Positions 38,289 to 48,099 of a stretch of DNA of 64,000 bases are shown piece after piece (positions within the stretch are counted from its first letter, which is position 1; each line of letters opens with the position of its first letter). The translations under genes were made by a program, and so were the position numbers. The stretch is taken from NCBI GenBank assembly GCA_030041545.1, contig JASHNQ010000050.1, positions 22,374 through 86,373 on the forward strand, given 5' to 3'. The notes beneath the pieces were generated by a model. The model ran no database searches. It worked only from the letters and a program-made list of their open reading frames with translations, and was not told the DNA's origin. Source of the stretch: a candidate division FCPU426 bacterium. Its GTDB lineage: Bacteria > Oederibacteriota > Muellerivitia > Muellerivitales > Muellerivitaceae.

Positions 38289-38867
38289 TCAACGACGGAT
38301 CAGGGAGGATTCCAAAAAATTCTTCAATAAGGCCTTTCCCGACTCGGTCAGGATGGATTCGGGGTGGAACTGGACCCCTTCCACCGGAAGCGTTTTGTGG
38401 CGCACCCCCATGATTTCCCCGTCCTCGCTGGTAGCGGTGACCTCCAGGCATTCCGGCAAGGTTTTTTTTTGGATGACCAGGGAATGGTACCGGGTCGCGC
38501 GGAAGGGATTGGGCAGGCCCTTGAACACGCCCTTTCCGTCATGGGTGATCTGGCTGGTCTTGCCGTGCATGAGCTTTTGGGCCCGAACGATGTCTCCCCC
38601 AAAGGCGTAACCGATGCTCTGGTGCCCCAAACAAACCCCCAGGATGGGGATTTTACCGGCTAGTTCCTTGATGGTTTCCACCGATATGCCGGCCTCTTTG
38701 GGCGAGCAAGGCCCCGGCGAGATGAGGATATGGGTCGGCTGGCGCTTTAAGATCTCCTCCACCGGGATCTCATCGTTGCGCGCGACTTGGATATCCGCGC
38801 CAAGTTCGCCCAGATATTGCACCAGGTTGTAGGTGAAGGAGTCGTAGTTATCGATCACGAGGATCAT
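38289..38867 (-). CDS. trpG: anthranilate synthase component II / glutamine amidotransferase
   Basis: [18 protein letters not shown]...GVCLGHQ class-I GATase motifs; overlaps trpE end by 4 nt. Confidence 0.8.
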   Translation of the reverse strand: MILVIDNYDSFTYNLVQYLGELGADIQVARNDEIPVEEILKRQPTHILISPGPCSPKEAGISVETIKELAGKIPILGVCLGHQSIGYAFGGDIVRAQKLMHGKTSQITHDGKGVFKGLPNPFRATRYHSLVIQKKTLPECLEVTATSEDGEIMGVRHKTLPVEGVQFHPESILTESGKALLKNFLESSLIRR

Positions 38868-40537
38868 TTGCGTCCTCCTTTCGCGGGAGAAACCCTTTTT
38901 CTTTTTTTGTTTTTCCCAAGCTTTGGCTTTCTTAGTGCCTTGGTGCCTTGGTGGTTGGAGGTTATCTTTTCCGCCTGTCCCACCGCCATCAACACCGCTC
39001 GGGCCTTATTGCAGGATTCCATATACTCGGCTTCCGGAACCGAGTCCGCTACCAGACCGGCCCCGGCCTGAACGTAGGCTATTTGCGTTGTTACCGAACC
39101 CGTCTTACGGGTTCGCCCCGAGCGAGCGGAGCGAGTCGAATGGGCCTTTTTGAGGACTACGGAGCGGATGGTGATGGCCGAGTCCATGTTTCCGTCGAAC
39201 CCGAAAGCCACTACCGCCCCACCGTAAATCCCCCGGCGGGAGGGCTCCAGTTCCTCGATGATCTCCATGGCGCGGATCTTAGGCGCCCCCGAAAGGGTGC
39301 CCGCTGGGAAGCAGGATTGGAACGCGTCATAGGCGGTTTTGTTTTTTTGCAGCCGCCCCGCCACGTCGGAGACGATGTGCATGACGTGGGAATAACGCTC
39401 GACGCGCTTGAAATGCCCCACCTTGACCGTGCCGAAATCGCAGACTCGTCCCAGGTCGTTGCGGGCCAGGTCCACCAGCATCACGTGTTCGGCCAGTTCC
39501 TTCTCGTCGGCTAGGAGGTTTTCCTCCAGTTGTTTATCTTCCTCCGGTGTCTTTCCCCGGGGCCTGCTCCCGGCGATAGGCCGGGTCTCCACCACGCCGT
39601 TCTGCACCTTGATCATCATCTCGGGCGAGGAGCCCACCAATTCCAAACCTCCCATCCTCAGGATGAACATGTAGGGGGATGGATTCAATCTCCTTAAAAC
39701 CCGGTAAATGGAAACCGCATCGGCTGAAACATCCCTTTCGAATCGCTGGGAGCCCACCACCTGGATGATGTCCCCCGCCTTGATGTATTCCTTGGATATA
39801 TCCACCATTCGCATGAAATTCTCGGGAGTCATGTTGGAGGAGAACCCAAAAAGGTCGTTAGGGCCCATCTTGACCGCGGAAGTCACGGGGATTTCCCTCA
39901 CTCCTTTTAATGGTTTTTCCATTTTTTGGGCCAAGGCGGCCAATCGCCGTATGGCGCCCAGGTAAGCCTTGAGCCGGTTGGTCCCAGGGCCGACTTCCAC
40001 ATTGACCACCAAGCGGAGCGTCCTTTTCAGGTGGTCGAAGAGGGCCAGTTGGTCGGTCACCATCAGGTAAAGGTCCGGGAGGTCCAGGATATCTGGTTTT
40101 TGGGACGGAAGTTTCTCGAAATACCGGACGGCGTCATAGCCGACGAAACCGACCAGCCCTCCCAGGAACCCTTGTGTCCCCGCCAGGGGGGCTTGCCGGA
40201 TGCCCGAGACCTCTTTTTGAATGACTTGCAACGGGTTGGCCGCCTTCTGGGACAACTTTTTCTTGCCCCGGCGGTGGGTAAGCATGCCGTTCTTGGCCTC
40301 ATAGACCGCGGTGGGCTCGAACCCCACAATGGAGAACCGGGCGACCTGCTCGTTCTTTTCCACGCTTTCCAGCAGGAACCCGTTCTCGCCTTGAGCCAGT
40401 TTCAAATAGACCGAAAGCGGGGTTTCCAAATCCGATTGGAAAACCATGGACACCGGAACGCGATTGTAAGATTCGGCGAGTTGGACGAAAGAATCGATGG
40501 AAGAAGGAACAATGTTTGAGGAAATTGCGGTTTTCAT
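38864..40537 (-). CDS. trpE: anthranilate synthase component I with unusual Lys-rich C-terminal extension
   Basis: Chorismate-binding domain conserved to ...[12 protein letters not shown]; an extra ~40 aa basic tail (..[22 protein letters not shown]) is encoded by palindrome-element-like DNA. Confidence 0.8.
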   Translation of the reverse strand: MKTAISSNIVPSSIDSFVQLAESYNRVPVSMVFQSDLETPLSVYLKLAQGENGFLLESVEKNEQVARFSIVGFEPTAVYEAKNGMLTHRRGKKKLSQKAANPLQVIQKEVSGIRQAPLAGTQGFLGGLVGFVGYDAVRYFEKLPSQKPDILDLPDLYLMVTDQLALFDHLKRTLRLVVNVEVGPGTNRLKAYLGAIRRLAALAQKMEKPLKGVREIPVTSAVKMGPNDLFGFSSNMTPENFMRMVDISKEYIKAGDIIQVVGSQRFERDVSADAVSIYRVLRRLNPSPYMFILRMGGLELVGSSPEMMIKVQNGVVETRPIAGSRPRGKTPEEDKQLEENLLADEKELAEHVMLVDLARNDLGRVCDFGTVKVGHFKRVERYSHVMHIVSDVAGRLQKNKTAYDAFQSCFPAGTLSGAPKIRAMEIIEELEPSRRGIYGGAVVAFGFDGNMDSAITIRSVVLKKAHSTRSARSGRTRKTGSVTTQIAYVQAGAGLVADSVPEAEYMESCNKARAVLMAVGQAEKITSNHQGTKALRKPKLGKNKKRKRVSPAKGGRK

Positions 40538-40651
40538 GGAAGAAACCCCCTTGGTTTGAAATTTAAATCGAGACGGCGGCGGCTATCCTGGGCTCTCAGG
40601 CGAGCCAAGAGAAGCGACGCCAATGACTTAAATTCGCAACCAAAGCAGGTT

Positions 40652-41038
40652 TCATTTGTGGCCGTAAACCTTTTCGGGATCAAACACCTGGACCCCCACT
40701 TCCTTCCAGTTGTCCCCCGACAATTCATTGAAGAAACAGGAGCGCTTGCCCGTGTGGCAGGCGGCTTCCCCGACTTGCTCTATTTTTACCAGAATCACGT
40801 CCTTATCGCAATCGGTATAAAGGGCCTTGAGCTTCTGGACATTCCCCGATTCCTCGCCCTTTTTCCACAGCTTTTTGCGGCTGCGGCTCCAATAGGTCAC
40901 GTTGCCGGTCTTAAGGGTATGCTCGAGGGCCTCTCGGTTGGCGAAGGCGAACATCAGGATCTCGCCGGTCTTCGCGTCCTGCGCGATGACGGGGATCAAA
41001 CCGTCTTCTTGGAATTTCAAGGTGTCAATCCAGCCCAT
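40652..41038 (-). CDS. hisI: phosphoribosyl-AMP cyclohydrolase
   Basis: LIPVIAQD...YWSRSR..LW.KGE.SGN..CD.D..L..V.Q.G.ACHTG..SCF. Confidence 0.85.
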   Translation of the reverse strand: MGWIDTLKFQEDGLIPVIAQDAKTGEILMFAFANREALEHTLKTGNVTYWSRSRKKLWKKGEESGNVQKLKALYTDCDKDVILVKIEQVGEAACHTGKRSCFFNELSGDNWKEVGVQVFDPEKVYGHK

Positions 41039-41217
41039 GAGTTTCCTCCAAAAATTAAATCGCTGTCATTGCGACCTGGCTTCGCTAAAGCTACGCCAGG
41101 CGGGGGAATAAGGATGACGACTTGTCCCCATAGCTCGAAGAGCGAAGGGGGAAGCAACCCCAGTTAAAGTTAGGGAGAGGCGATATTACCCGAAGGTAGG
41201 ATGGGATGCAAATTGAT

Positions 41218-41772
41218 TCAATGGCGGCTTCGGGGATCGCTTTCCAAAATGGCGTAAAGATAAGAATCCCGCCATGCGCCTTTTTGAAAAACATTTTTAC
41301 GAAGCAGCCCTTCCCTTTTCATGCCAGCTTTTTCCAGGACACGGGCCGAGGCCCTGTTCCGGGTGTCGCAGGTGGCCCAAATGCGATGCAGCTTGAGTTT
41401 GGAAAAGCCAAAATGAATCAAGGCCATGGCCGCTTCGGTGGCGTAGCCGTATCCCCAATAGCGCCGGTTGAGAACGTAACCCAAGCCGGCATCCATTTGC
41501 GTCGAGTTGAGGCAGTTAAGTCTGCACGCGCCAATAATCCGGTTTTCCCCCTTTAAAAAAATCGCTGTTGGAAAATCCTTCCTGGTTTTCGGCCGATGGG
41601 TCGCCAATACCTTTTTGGCGTAGGCCTTGGTCTGGGACACTGTATTGGGGCCAAAGGGAACGTAACGAACAACTTCCGGGTCGGAAGCATATTCGTGCAT
41701 AAACTTCCATTCCCCCGGGGCAAAATCCCTGAGGATCAACCGTTTCGTTTCAATCCATGTTGTTTTTTTCAT
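41218..41772 (-). CDS. GNAT family N-acetyltransferase (RimJ/RimL-like)
   Basis: GNAT core motifs (...IGACRL...GYGYATEA...). Confidence 0.75.
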   Translation of the reverse strand: MKKTTWIETKRLILRDFAPGEWKFMHEYASDPEVVRYVPFGPNTVSQTKAYAKKVLATHRPKTRKDFPTAIFLKGENRIIGACRLNCLNSTQMDAGLGYVLNRRYWGYGYATEAAMALIHFGFSKLKLHRIWATCDTRNRASARVLEKAGMKREGLLRKNVFQKGAWRDSYLYAILESDPRSRH

Positions 41773-41797
41773 ATGAGTCGCAGGACTTAAAAACCTG

Positions 41798-42376
41798 TTA
41801 TTTATTCGCTCGAGGCCAAACTCCCAATTCAGGCCAAGGATCGTTACAAAGTCGTTCCACCAGTTTCTTAGGTTCCGCCTCCAAAACTAGGGCCTCCACC
41901 AGTCCTGGTTTTACGAAACCTTCCTCTTCTGTGGTGGCAAGAAAATGAAAAAGACGGTCGTAAAAGCCTTCCACGTTGAGGAACCCGATGGGCTTGGCCT
42001 GGAAACCCAGTTGGTTCCAGGTGACCATTTCCATGGTCTCATCCAAGGTGCCGAACCCGCCCGGCAAGGCAATGAAGGCGTCGGCCAGATCCGCCATTTT
42101 GGCTTTTCGCGCGTGCATACCCTTGACGATATGCAGTTCACTCAACCCGGGATGGGCCACTTCATTGGTTTTTAAGGCCTCAGGCAGGACGCCGATCACC
42201 CGCCCGCCCCTGGCCAAAACCGCGTCCGCCACTTGTCCCATGAGGCCGATCCGGGAGCCGCCATACACCAAGGACAGCCCTTGTTCCACCAAGGCTTCCC
42301 CCAATTGCTTCGCCTTTTCAGCGTAGCAGGGCTTCATTCCCGGACTGGAGCCGCAATAAACGCATATCGCTTTCAT
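41798..42376 (-). CDS. LOG family protein (TIGR00730; cytokinin riboside 5'-monophosphate phosphoribohydrolase-like)
   Basis: KAICVYCGSSPG...GGFGTLDE motifs; ATG overlaps the upstream gene stop (ATGA). Confidence 0.8.
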   Translation of the reverse strand: MKAICVYCGSSPGMKPCYAEKAKQLGEALVEQGLSLVYGGSRIGLMGQVADAVLARGGRVIGVLPEALKTNEVAHPGLSELHIVKGMHARKAKMADLADAFIALPGGFGTLDETMEMVTWNQLGFQAKPIGFLNVEGFYDRLFHFLATTEEEGFVKPGLVEALVLEAEPKKLVERLCNDPWPELGVWPRANK

Positions 42377-42834
42377 GGATTCAGTGGGACCTTTGCCTTT
42401 TTCTTGCCGAATAATCGCTCCAGCGCCAGCACAATGCCGGTCGCTACCGAGCATCCGATGAAAAACCAGTGCCCCACCGTCTTAAGGCCGCCGGGCGGGC
42501 AAAAAATCCAAAGGGCCAGGCTCCAGGGAAGCGGATTCGTGACCACCAGCCCAAGCGAAAAACCGGCCATAGCGCCCACCCTTTTCGTTCCTTGGGGTAT
42601 TTCCTTGATGCGCTCGTGGATGCGGTGGACGGAATGAAAATAGATAAAGCCGGCGATCAGCCCTAAAATCCAGAAGGCCCCGGTCCCAAAACCGGCCAAC
42701 CATATCCTCAGCTTGAAGAATCCCCAATAGGCCTGGATCCCCAGCCATCCGAGGCCGACAAGGGCAAGCAGGTAGAGGGTTAGTTTGAATTTGGTGAACC
42801 GCTTTTGGGGAGCGGTAGGGATGGGGTCGTTCAT
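42373..42834 (-). CDS. hypothetical integral membrane protein
   Basis: 153 aa with 4-5 predicted TM helices. Confidence 0.5.
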   Translation of the reverse strand: MNDPIPTAPQKRFTKFKLTLYLLALVGLGWLGIQAYWGFFKLRIWLAGFGTGAFWILGLIAGFIYFHSVHRIHERIKEIPQGTKRVGAMAGFSLGLVVTNPLPWSLALWIFCPPGGLKTVGHWFFIGCSVATGIVLALERLFGKKKAKVPLNP

Positions 42835-42864
42835 AGTGCCGCTTAGTTTACAGGAGGTTGGACT

Positions 42865-43146
42865 TTAATACTTCCCAGGCTCTTTTTCCACGATCTGGAT
42901 CGCAAATTCCAGGGTTTCCTTGTTGATGGCGGCCTTGGCGATAAAGGGATTCTTTCCCCGCCAGGCCCGGAACACCTCCGGCGATTGTTTCATCATGCCA
43001 TCGATGAAGAAATCCAGCTGTTTTTGCGCGAAGGCTTCCACTTTCTCAAGGGTCTTTTCCTCGGAAGGGCGGTTGGCGAAATACAGGATGACGTTCTTGC
43101 GGATGAGTTTTTCGATCTCGGTGAGCATCCCCTTGGATTCAGGCAT
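42865..43146 (-). CDS. small conserved hypothetical protein (paralogue of 43427..43699)
   Basis: Shares the FAQKQLDFFIDG core with its neighbour; AAGGGAAA upstream. Confidence 0.5.
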   Translation of the reverse strand: MPESKGMLTEIEKLIRKNVILYFANRPSEEKTLEKVEAFAQKQLDFFIDGMMKQSPEVFRAWRGKNPFIAKAAINKETLEFAIQIVEKEPGKY

Positions 43147-43282
43147 AATTTCCCTTTTTCGTCATCGCAGGGGGGGGCCGCAAAACCCGGCGCGGCGACC
43201 CAAAACAATCGAAAAACGGCCGCCGGTGGAATGATTTGGATGGCTTCGTCGGGCTAAAAGCCCCCTATGAAACAACCCCAGG

Positions 43283-43366
43283 CACCCCTCATCCCCCCCT
43301 CTCCCCCAAGGGGCGAGGGTGACGAGTACCCCTTCTCCCTTGAGGGGAGAAGGATGGGATGAGGGT
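43283..43366. repeat. GGGGAGAGGG-core palindromic repeat, copy B (modules X-Y)
   Basis: cacccctcatccccccctctcccccaaggggcgagggt gacgagta ccccttctcccttgaggggagaaggatgggatgagggtg. Confidence 0.7.
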
Positions 43367-43426
43367 GATTTTTTCTGGTTCAAATCACCCGGCGCCTTCC
43401 GGCGGGCCCTGGCTCACAATGACGCC

Positions 43427-43699
43427 TTACTTCTCATCTTCGCTTATTTCGATTTCAAACTTATTGGCTTCGGGCGACATCCGCAGGTGGACGTGATAGG
43501 GATGGCCCTGGGCCCATCTCACCCGCAGTTCGGGCATTTCCTTGACGATGCCGTTGATGAAGAAATCAAGTTGTTTCTGGGCGAAAAACTTCACCTTATC
43601 GGGGGTCTTCTCAGCGGGCTTCAATGGCCCGAAATACCGGTTCACGTTGTCTTGGACGAGTTTTTGAAGCTGGTGGAGGGCGGGTTGGGGTAGGCTCAT
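43427..43699 (-). CDS. small conserved hypothetical protein (paralogue of 42865..43146)
   Basis: FAQKQLDFFINGIVKEMPEL core. Confidence 0.5.
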   Translation of the reverse strand: MSLPQPALHQLQKLVQDNVNRYFGPLKPAEKTPDKVKFFAQKQLDFFINGIVKEMPELRVRWAQGHPYHVHLRMSPEANKFEIEISEDEK

Positions 43700-43736
43700 G
43701 AAGGCTCCTTAATAACCCTAGGGGTGCGGCTACAGG

Positions 43737-44507
43737 TTAAATCCTAACCGGTATCCCCTTTTTCTGTAAATATTCCTTGGCCTGTTTCACCGAATATTCC
43801 CGGTAATGGAAGATGGAAGCGGCCAAAACGGCGTCCGCCCTTCCCTGGAGGATTCCCTCAGCCAGGTGCTCCAAATTCCCTACGCCTCCCGAGGCGATGA
43901 CCGGCACCGAAACCGCCTCGGAGATGGCCCGGGTCAGCTCCAAATCATAGCCGTTTTTGGTGCCGTCCCGGTCCATGCTGGTCAAAAGGATTTCCCCCGC
44001 TCCCAAGGCAGCCCCCTGTTGGGTCCATTCCAGCGCGTCCTTACCCGTCGCGGTGCGGCCTCCATGGGTGTAAACCTCCCACCCCTTCGAGGGGTCGTTG
44101 GCGTTCCTGCGCTTGGCATCGATCGCTAAAACAATACATTGGGCCCCAAATTTTTCCGCGCCTTCTTTGAGTACCTGGGGGTTTTCAACAGCGCGGGTAT
44201 TCAGGGAAACCTTGTCGGCGCCGGATTTCAAGAGGGTTCGGATGTCATCGGTGGTGCGCACTCCCCCACCCACGGTCAAGGGCATAAAGACCGCTTCCGC
44301 CGTTCGGGTGACCACGTCCAGGAGGATATTCCGTTTCTCGTACGAGGCGGTGATATCGAGGAAAACCAGCTCGTCGGCGCCCTCGGCGTCGTATTGCTTG
44401 GCGATCTCCACCGGGTCGCCCGCGTCGCGGAGGTTCTCAAATTTGACGCCCTTGACCACCCGGCCTTCTTTAACATCCAAACAAGGAATAATCCTTTTCG
44501 CCAACAT
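43737..44507 (-). CDS. hisF: imidazole glycerol phosphate synthase cyclase subunit
   Basis: Canonical HisF sequence; ATG preceded by GGAGG. Confidence 0.9.
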   Translation of the reverse strand: MLAKRIIPCLDVKEGRVVKGVKFENLRDAGDPVEIAKQYDAEGADELVFLDITASYEKRNILLDVVTRTAEAVFMPLTVGGGVRTTDDIRTLLKSGADKVSLNTRAVENPQVLKEGAEKFGAQCIVLAIDAKRRNANDPSKGWEVYTHGGRTATGKDALEWTQQGAALGAGEILLTSMDRDGTKNGYDLELTRAISEAVSVPVIASGGVGNLEHLAEGILQGRADAVLAASIFHYREYSVKQAKEYLQKKGIPVRI

Positions 44508-44555
44508 CAAAAAACCTCCGGCAATTTAGCCACAGATACGTGGGGTACATATGAA

Positions 44556-45314
44556 TTATTTCTTTTTCTTTTTGGTCCGTGGCGCAAGGGGTTCCTTGGC
44601 GATCTTGATGGCCTGCTTGAGGTCGATCTTGCCCGTGTAAAGGGCCTTGCCGATGATGACGGAAGTGATCCCGTATTTTTCCAGCCGCTTGGCGTGCTCG
44701 ATGTCTTTGTAGCTGGACATGCCGCCGGAGGCGATGACCGGCACTTTAACCGCCACGGCCAGTTCCTTGGTACTTTTGAAATTGGGCCCTTCCAGCATTC
44801 CATCCCTTTGTATGTCGGTAAAGATGATCTGGCCCACGCCAAGATCCACCATTTCCTTGGCCAGGTCGATGGCGTTCACCTTGGTGACCTGCTTCCAACC
44901 CTTGATGGCCACCATTCCTTTCTTGGCGTCGATCCCCGCGATGATGGACTTTCCGTATTCCTTGACCGCGTCCCTGACGAAGTCCTTGTTCTGCACCGCC
45001 GAGGTACCCAGGATGACGAAATCCACCCCGATTGAAAGGACTTTCTCGATGGTTTTCAGGTCCCGGATGCCTCCGCCCACCTGCACCTTCAGGTCGGTGG
45101 CCTTGATGATGTCCTTCACGTAATCCAGGTTCGCTAGCTTGCCGGAAAAAGCGCCATCCAGGTCGATGACATGCAGGCGCTTGGCGCCCTTGAGTTTCCA
45201 CAGTTTGGCGACGGAAACAGGCTCTTGGGAATAAACGGTTTCGTCCCTCAGGTCCCCTTGGACCAGCCGCACGCAGCGGCCCTTGCGGATATCTATAGCC
45301 GGGATTACATACAT
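44556..45314 (-). CDS. hisA: 1-(5-phosphoribosyl)-5-[(5-phosphoribosylamino)methylideneamino]imidazole-4-carboxamide isomerase
   Basis: Canonical HisA (VIPAIDIRKGRCVRL...); ATG preceded by AAGAGG. Confidence 0.9.
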   Translation of the reverse strand: MYVIPAIDIRKGRCVRLVQGDLRDETVYSQEPVSVAKLWKLKGAKRLHVIDLDGAFSGKLANLDYVKDIIKATDLKVQVGGGIRDLKTIEKVLSIGVDFVILGTSAVQNKDFVRDAVKEYGKSIIAGIDAKKGMVAIKGWKQVTKVNAIDLAKEMVDLGVGQIIFTDIQRDGMLEGPNFKSTKELAVAVKVPVIASGGMSSYKDIEHAKRLEKYGITSVIIGKALYTGKIDLKQAIKIAKEPLAPRTKKKKK

Positions 45315-45332
45315 CAAAAACCTCTTTTACCC

Positions 45333-45418
45333 CGAAGACACGAAGTACGCAAAGAACGACTAAAAGTTTTATTTTTAACCACTTTTTGCCTTTTTCGCGT
45401 GCTTCGCGCTTTCGCGGT
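45333..45418. repeat. compound palindromic element P8 (CGCGAAG/CACGAAG tandem-unit arms)
   Basis: cgaagacacgaagtacgcaaagaacg ... ttcgcgtgcttcgcgctttcgcgg, in the hisA-hisH gap. Confidence 0.6.
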
Positions 45419-46044
45419 TAATTTATTTCGACTAAGGTTTTGAAGTTTTCGTAAATCTTGAGCCCGACCGTTTGGCTCTTTTCGGGGTGGAACTGGGTGC
45501 CGAACACGTTCTTTTCCCAAACCATGCAGGTGAAATCCACTCCATAGGAGCATTGGGCGGCGACAATGGATGGGTTTTCCGGAACCACGTAATAAGAGTG
45601 AACGAAATAAAGGAAATCGCCGTCTTTAACCCCTTTTAGCAGGGGATTCCCGTTTTTCTTGACCTGGATTTGGTTCCAACCCATATGAGGTACTTTTTGG
45701 CCCTGGGCAAACTTTACGACCCTGCCTGGAAAGACGCCCAGGCCCTTCGATAAGCCGAATTCCTCGCTTTCGGCGAAAAGCATCTGCAGCCCCACGCAAA
45801 CCCCCAAGAAAGGCTTTCCCGAAGCGATATAAGACTTGATAGCCTTAGCCAGGTCTGACCGGTTCATGGCGTCCATGGAATCCTTGAAGGCCCCCACGCC
45901 GGGCAAAACCACGCCGTCGGATTTTTCCACGTCCCTCCAGTCGGACGTCACATGGGTCTTGGCCCCAACCTTTTCCAGGGCCTTGGCCACGCTGTGCAGG
46001 TTGCCCACGCCGTAATCCACGACAGTTATCATTAAAAACCCCAT
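45418..46044 (-). CDS. hisH: imidazole glycerol phosphate synthase glutamine amidotransferase subunit
   Basis: Canonical HisH (ITVVDYGVGNLHSVAKAL...GVCVGLQ). Confidence 0.9.
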   Translation of the reverse strand: MGFLMITVVDYGVGNLHSVAKALEKVGAKTHVTSDWRDVEKSDGVVLPGVGAFKDSMDAMNRSDLAKAIKSYIASGKPFLGVCVGLQMLFAESEEFGLSKGLGVFPGRVVKFAQGQKVPHMGWNQIQVKKNGNPLLKGVKDGDFLYFVHSYYVVPENPSIVAAQCSYGVDFTCMVWEKNVFGTQFHPEKSQTVGLKIYENFKTLVEIN

Positions 46045-46290
46045 CTCTTACCACAAAGTAGACGAAGTACACAAAGTAAAGAATGAAAAACCTTTATGTT
46101 TTACTTCGTGGACTTAGAGACTCTAACAAAACCCTGTTTTTAAGGAATATCTCCCTCTCCCTTGAGGGGAGAGGGATGGGGTGAGGGTGGCAACTGCAGG
46201 GTTTTCCACACCTCTCACCCTACCCTCTCCCGCAAGGGGCGAGGGTCTGCGGCGGTTTTGTTAGAGTCTCTTAGTGTACTTTGTGGTGAG
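46045..46290. repeat. compound palindromic element P5 interrupted by a nested MITE-like insertion
   Basis: Left arm tcttaccacaaagtagacgaagtacacaaagt...ttttacttcgtggactta, then the insertion, then right arm ttagtgtactttgtggtgagag. Confidence 0.65.
46117..46270. mobile_element. MITE-like element copy C (GAGACTCTAACAAAACC terminal inverted repeats, GGGGAGAGGG core, modules Y-X) with TTA target duplication
   Basis: gagactctaacaaaaccctgttttt...core...ggttttgttagagtctc flanked by tta/tta; near-identical to copy D at 61389..61542. Confidence 0.65.
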
Positions 46291-46302
46291 AGTTATTAAT
46301 TG

Positions 46303-46896
46303 TTACAAGTTGCCTTTGGTGGAAGGGATTCCCTTCACCTTGGCGTCGTGCGCCACCGCCATCTTGAATGCCCGGGCGAAACTCTTGAAGGCCGCTTCCA
46401 CAATATGATGGCTGTTGCGGCCGTGTATCTTCTCCAGGTGCAGGTTGAACTTGCCGTTGTCCGCCACCGCCCGGAAGAAATCCTCCACCAGTTCGGCGTC
46501 GAAGTGGCCGATGCGTTTCTTGACCGCCAGGTCCAGGGCGAAGTTGATGTAGTTGCGGCCACCCAGGTCCACCACGGCCCGCACCAGGGCCTCGTCCAGG
46601 GGCACGTAAAAGAAACCGAACCGGGAAATGCCGGCCTTGTCCCCCAAGGCCTTTTCCAAGGCCATCCCCAGGCAGATGCCGATGTCCTCCACCGTGTGGT
46701 GGTCATCGATATGGGTGTCGCCCTTGGCCGCGACTTTCAGGTCGAACCCGCTGTGTTTGCTGAAGGCCTCCAGCATGTGGTTGAGGAAGGGCACGGGCGA
46801 CTTGACCTGGTGGGCGCCGGTCCCGTCCAAATCCAGCACAAGGTCTATCTGGGTCTCTTTTGTTTTTCGGCTGATTTTTCCGATGCGGTGTGACAA
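46303..46896 (-). CDS. hisB: imidazoleglycerol-phosphate dehydratase
   Basis: Canonical HisB motifs (HIDDHHTVED...). Confidence 0.9.
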   Translation of the reverse strand: MSHRIGKISRKTKETQIDLVLDLDGTGAHQVKSPVPFLNHMLEAFSKHSGFDLKVAAKGDTHIDDHHTVEDIGICLGMALEKALGDKAGISRFGFFYVPLDEALVRAVVDLGGRNYINFALDLAVKKRIGHFDAELVEDFFRAVADNGKFNLHLEKIHGRNSHHIVEAAFKSFARAFKMAVAHDAKVKGIPSTKGNL

Positions 46897-46907
46897 AGGA
46901 AACTTCC

Positions 46908-46983
46908 TTAAGTTAGGGGTTAGGAATGAGGAGTTAGGAGTTTACGGATTTCACTCCTCACTTCTAACTCCCAACTCATAACT
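46908..46983. repeat. palindromic element R1 (GAGTTAGGA-type arms) overlapping the hisC 3' end
   Basis: gttaggggttaggaatgaggagttaggagt ttacggatttc actcctcacttctaactcccaactcataac. Confidence 0.6.
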
Positions 46984-48032
46984 TCCTTTAATGCTTTTAA
47001 AAACCGGTGGTTTTGGGCCGGTGTTCCCACTGTAATCCTCAAGGAATCCTTGAGCCTCGGATGGGGGAAGTATCTTACCAAAACGCGCTTTTTTTTGAGA
47101 TTTTTGTAAAGTCCTTCCGATGAAGGGCTTCCACGGCGGGTGGCAAGGATGAAGTTGGACTGGCTGTCGGGGACGGTGAAGCCGAGATTGCGCAGTTCCT
47201 TGGTGAGGCTGTTGCGGTCGAGCCGGATCCTGCGGACGTTCTTTCGCATGTCCGCCAATCCGGCGGGCGAAAGGGCCGCAAGCCCTACGGCTTGGGTTAT
47301 CCGGTTCACATTGTAGGAATCCTTCACTTTCATCAGTTCAGCGATGACCCAAGGATGGCCAAAAACAAAACCCAACCGGGCTCCGGCCAATGAGAAGGAC
47401 TTGGATAGGGTGCGAAGAACCAGCACATTCGGACAGGCCTTGGCGATGTCCAGGCAGTGGTCCTTGGCGAAATCCACGTAGGCCTCGTCGATCAGCACGA
47501 GCCCTTTGGCTTTCCGGCAAAAAGCCTTTATGTCGGTTTGGGGAAAGCAATTTCCAACCGGCGGATTCGGGTAACCCCAAAGGGTCAGCCGGGCGGCGGG
47601 GGAAAACTTTTTAAAGTCCAGGCCCCAGTCGGGCTTTAACTTCACCTCTTTGATTTTGGCTTCACGGAGTCGGGCCAAAACCGGGTAAAGGCTGTAAGTG
47701 ATGTCCGGATATTGGACGAGGTCGTCCTTCCCCACTGAGGCGTGAAAAAGGATGGAAAGGATTTCGTCCGACCCATTCCCCACCAGGATTCCCTCCACCG
47801 GCCAGCGGTAAACCTGGGACAGGCGCTTCCGGAGGGTGTCGGCGGCCGGTTCGGGATAAAGGCGCAGGCGCTGGTCAGCCTGGTCGCGGACCGCCTTGAG
47901 GACTTCAGGGGAGGGTGGATATGGATTTTCGTTGGTATTGAGTTTGACAGTGGTCGTGTCTTTGGGTTGTTCACCCGGAACATAACCCTTCATTTTTAAA
48001 ACAGCCGGCCTGAACCAGTTTTCTAAGTTCAT
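46920..48032 (-). CDS. hisC: histidinol-phosphate aminotransferase
   Basis: Canonical HisC PLP-fold; the last ~20 codons (..SWELEVRSEIRKLLTPHS) are encoded by palindromic element R1. Confidence 0.85.
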   Translation of the reverse strand: MNLENWFRPAVLKMKGYVPGEQPKDTTTVKLNTNENPYPPSPEVLKAVRDQADQRLRLYPEPAADTLRKRLSQVYRWPVEGILVGNGSDEILSILFHASVGKDDLVQYPDITYSLYPVLARLREAKIKEVKLKPDWGLDFKKFSPAARLTLWGYPNPPVGNCFPQTDIKAFCRKAKGLVLIDEAYVDFAKDHCLDIAKACPNVLVLRTLSKSFSLAGARLGFVFGHPWVIAELMKVKDSYNVNRITQAVGLAALSPAGLADMRKNVRRIRLDRNSLTKELRNLGFTVPDSQSNFILATRRGSPSSEGLYKNLKKKRVLVRYFPHPRLKDSLRITVGTPAQNHRFLKALKEVMSWELEVRSEIRKLLTPHS

Positions 48033-48099
48033 AAATCTCTTTCGTCGCGAAGGCCTTCAAAAAAACGACTTAAAAGGGCAATGTTTTACGCGTAGCGGA

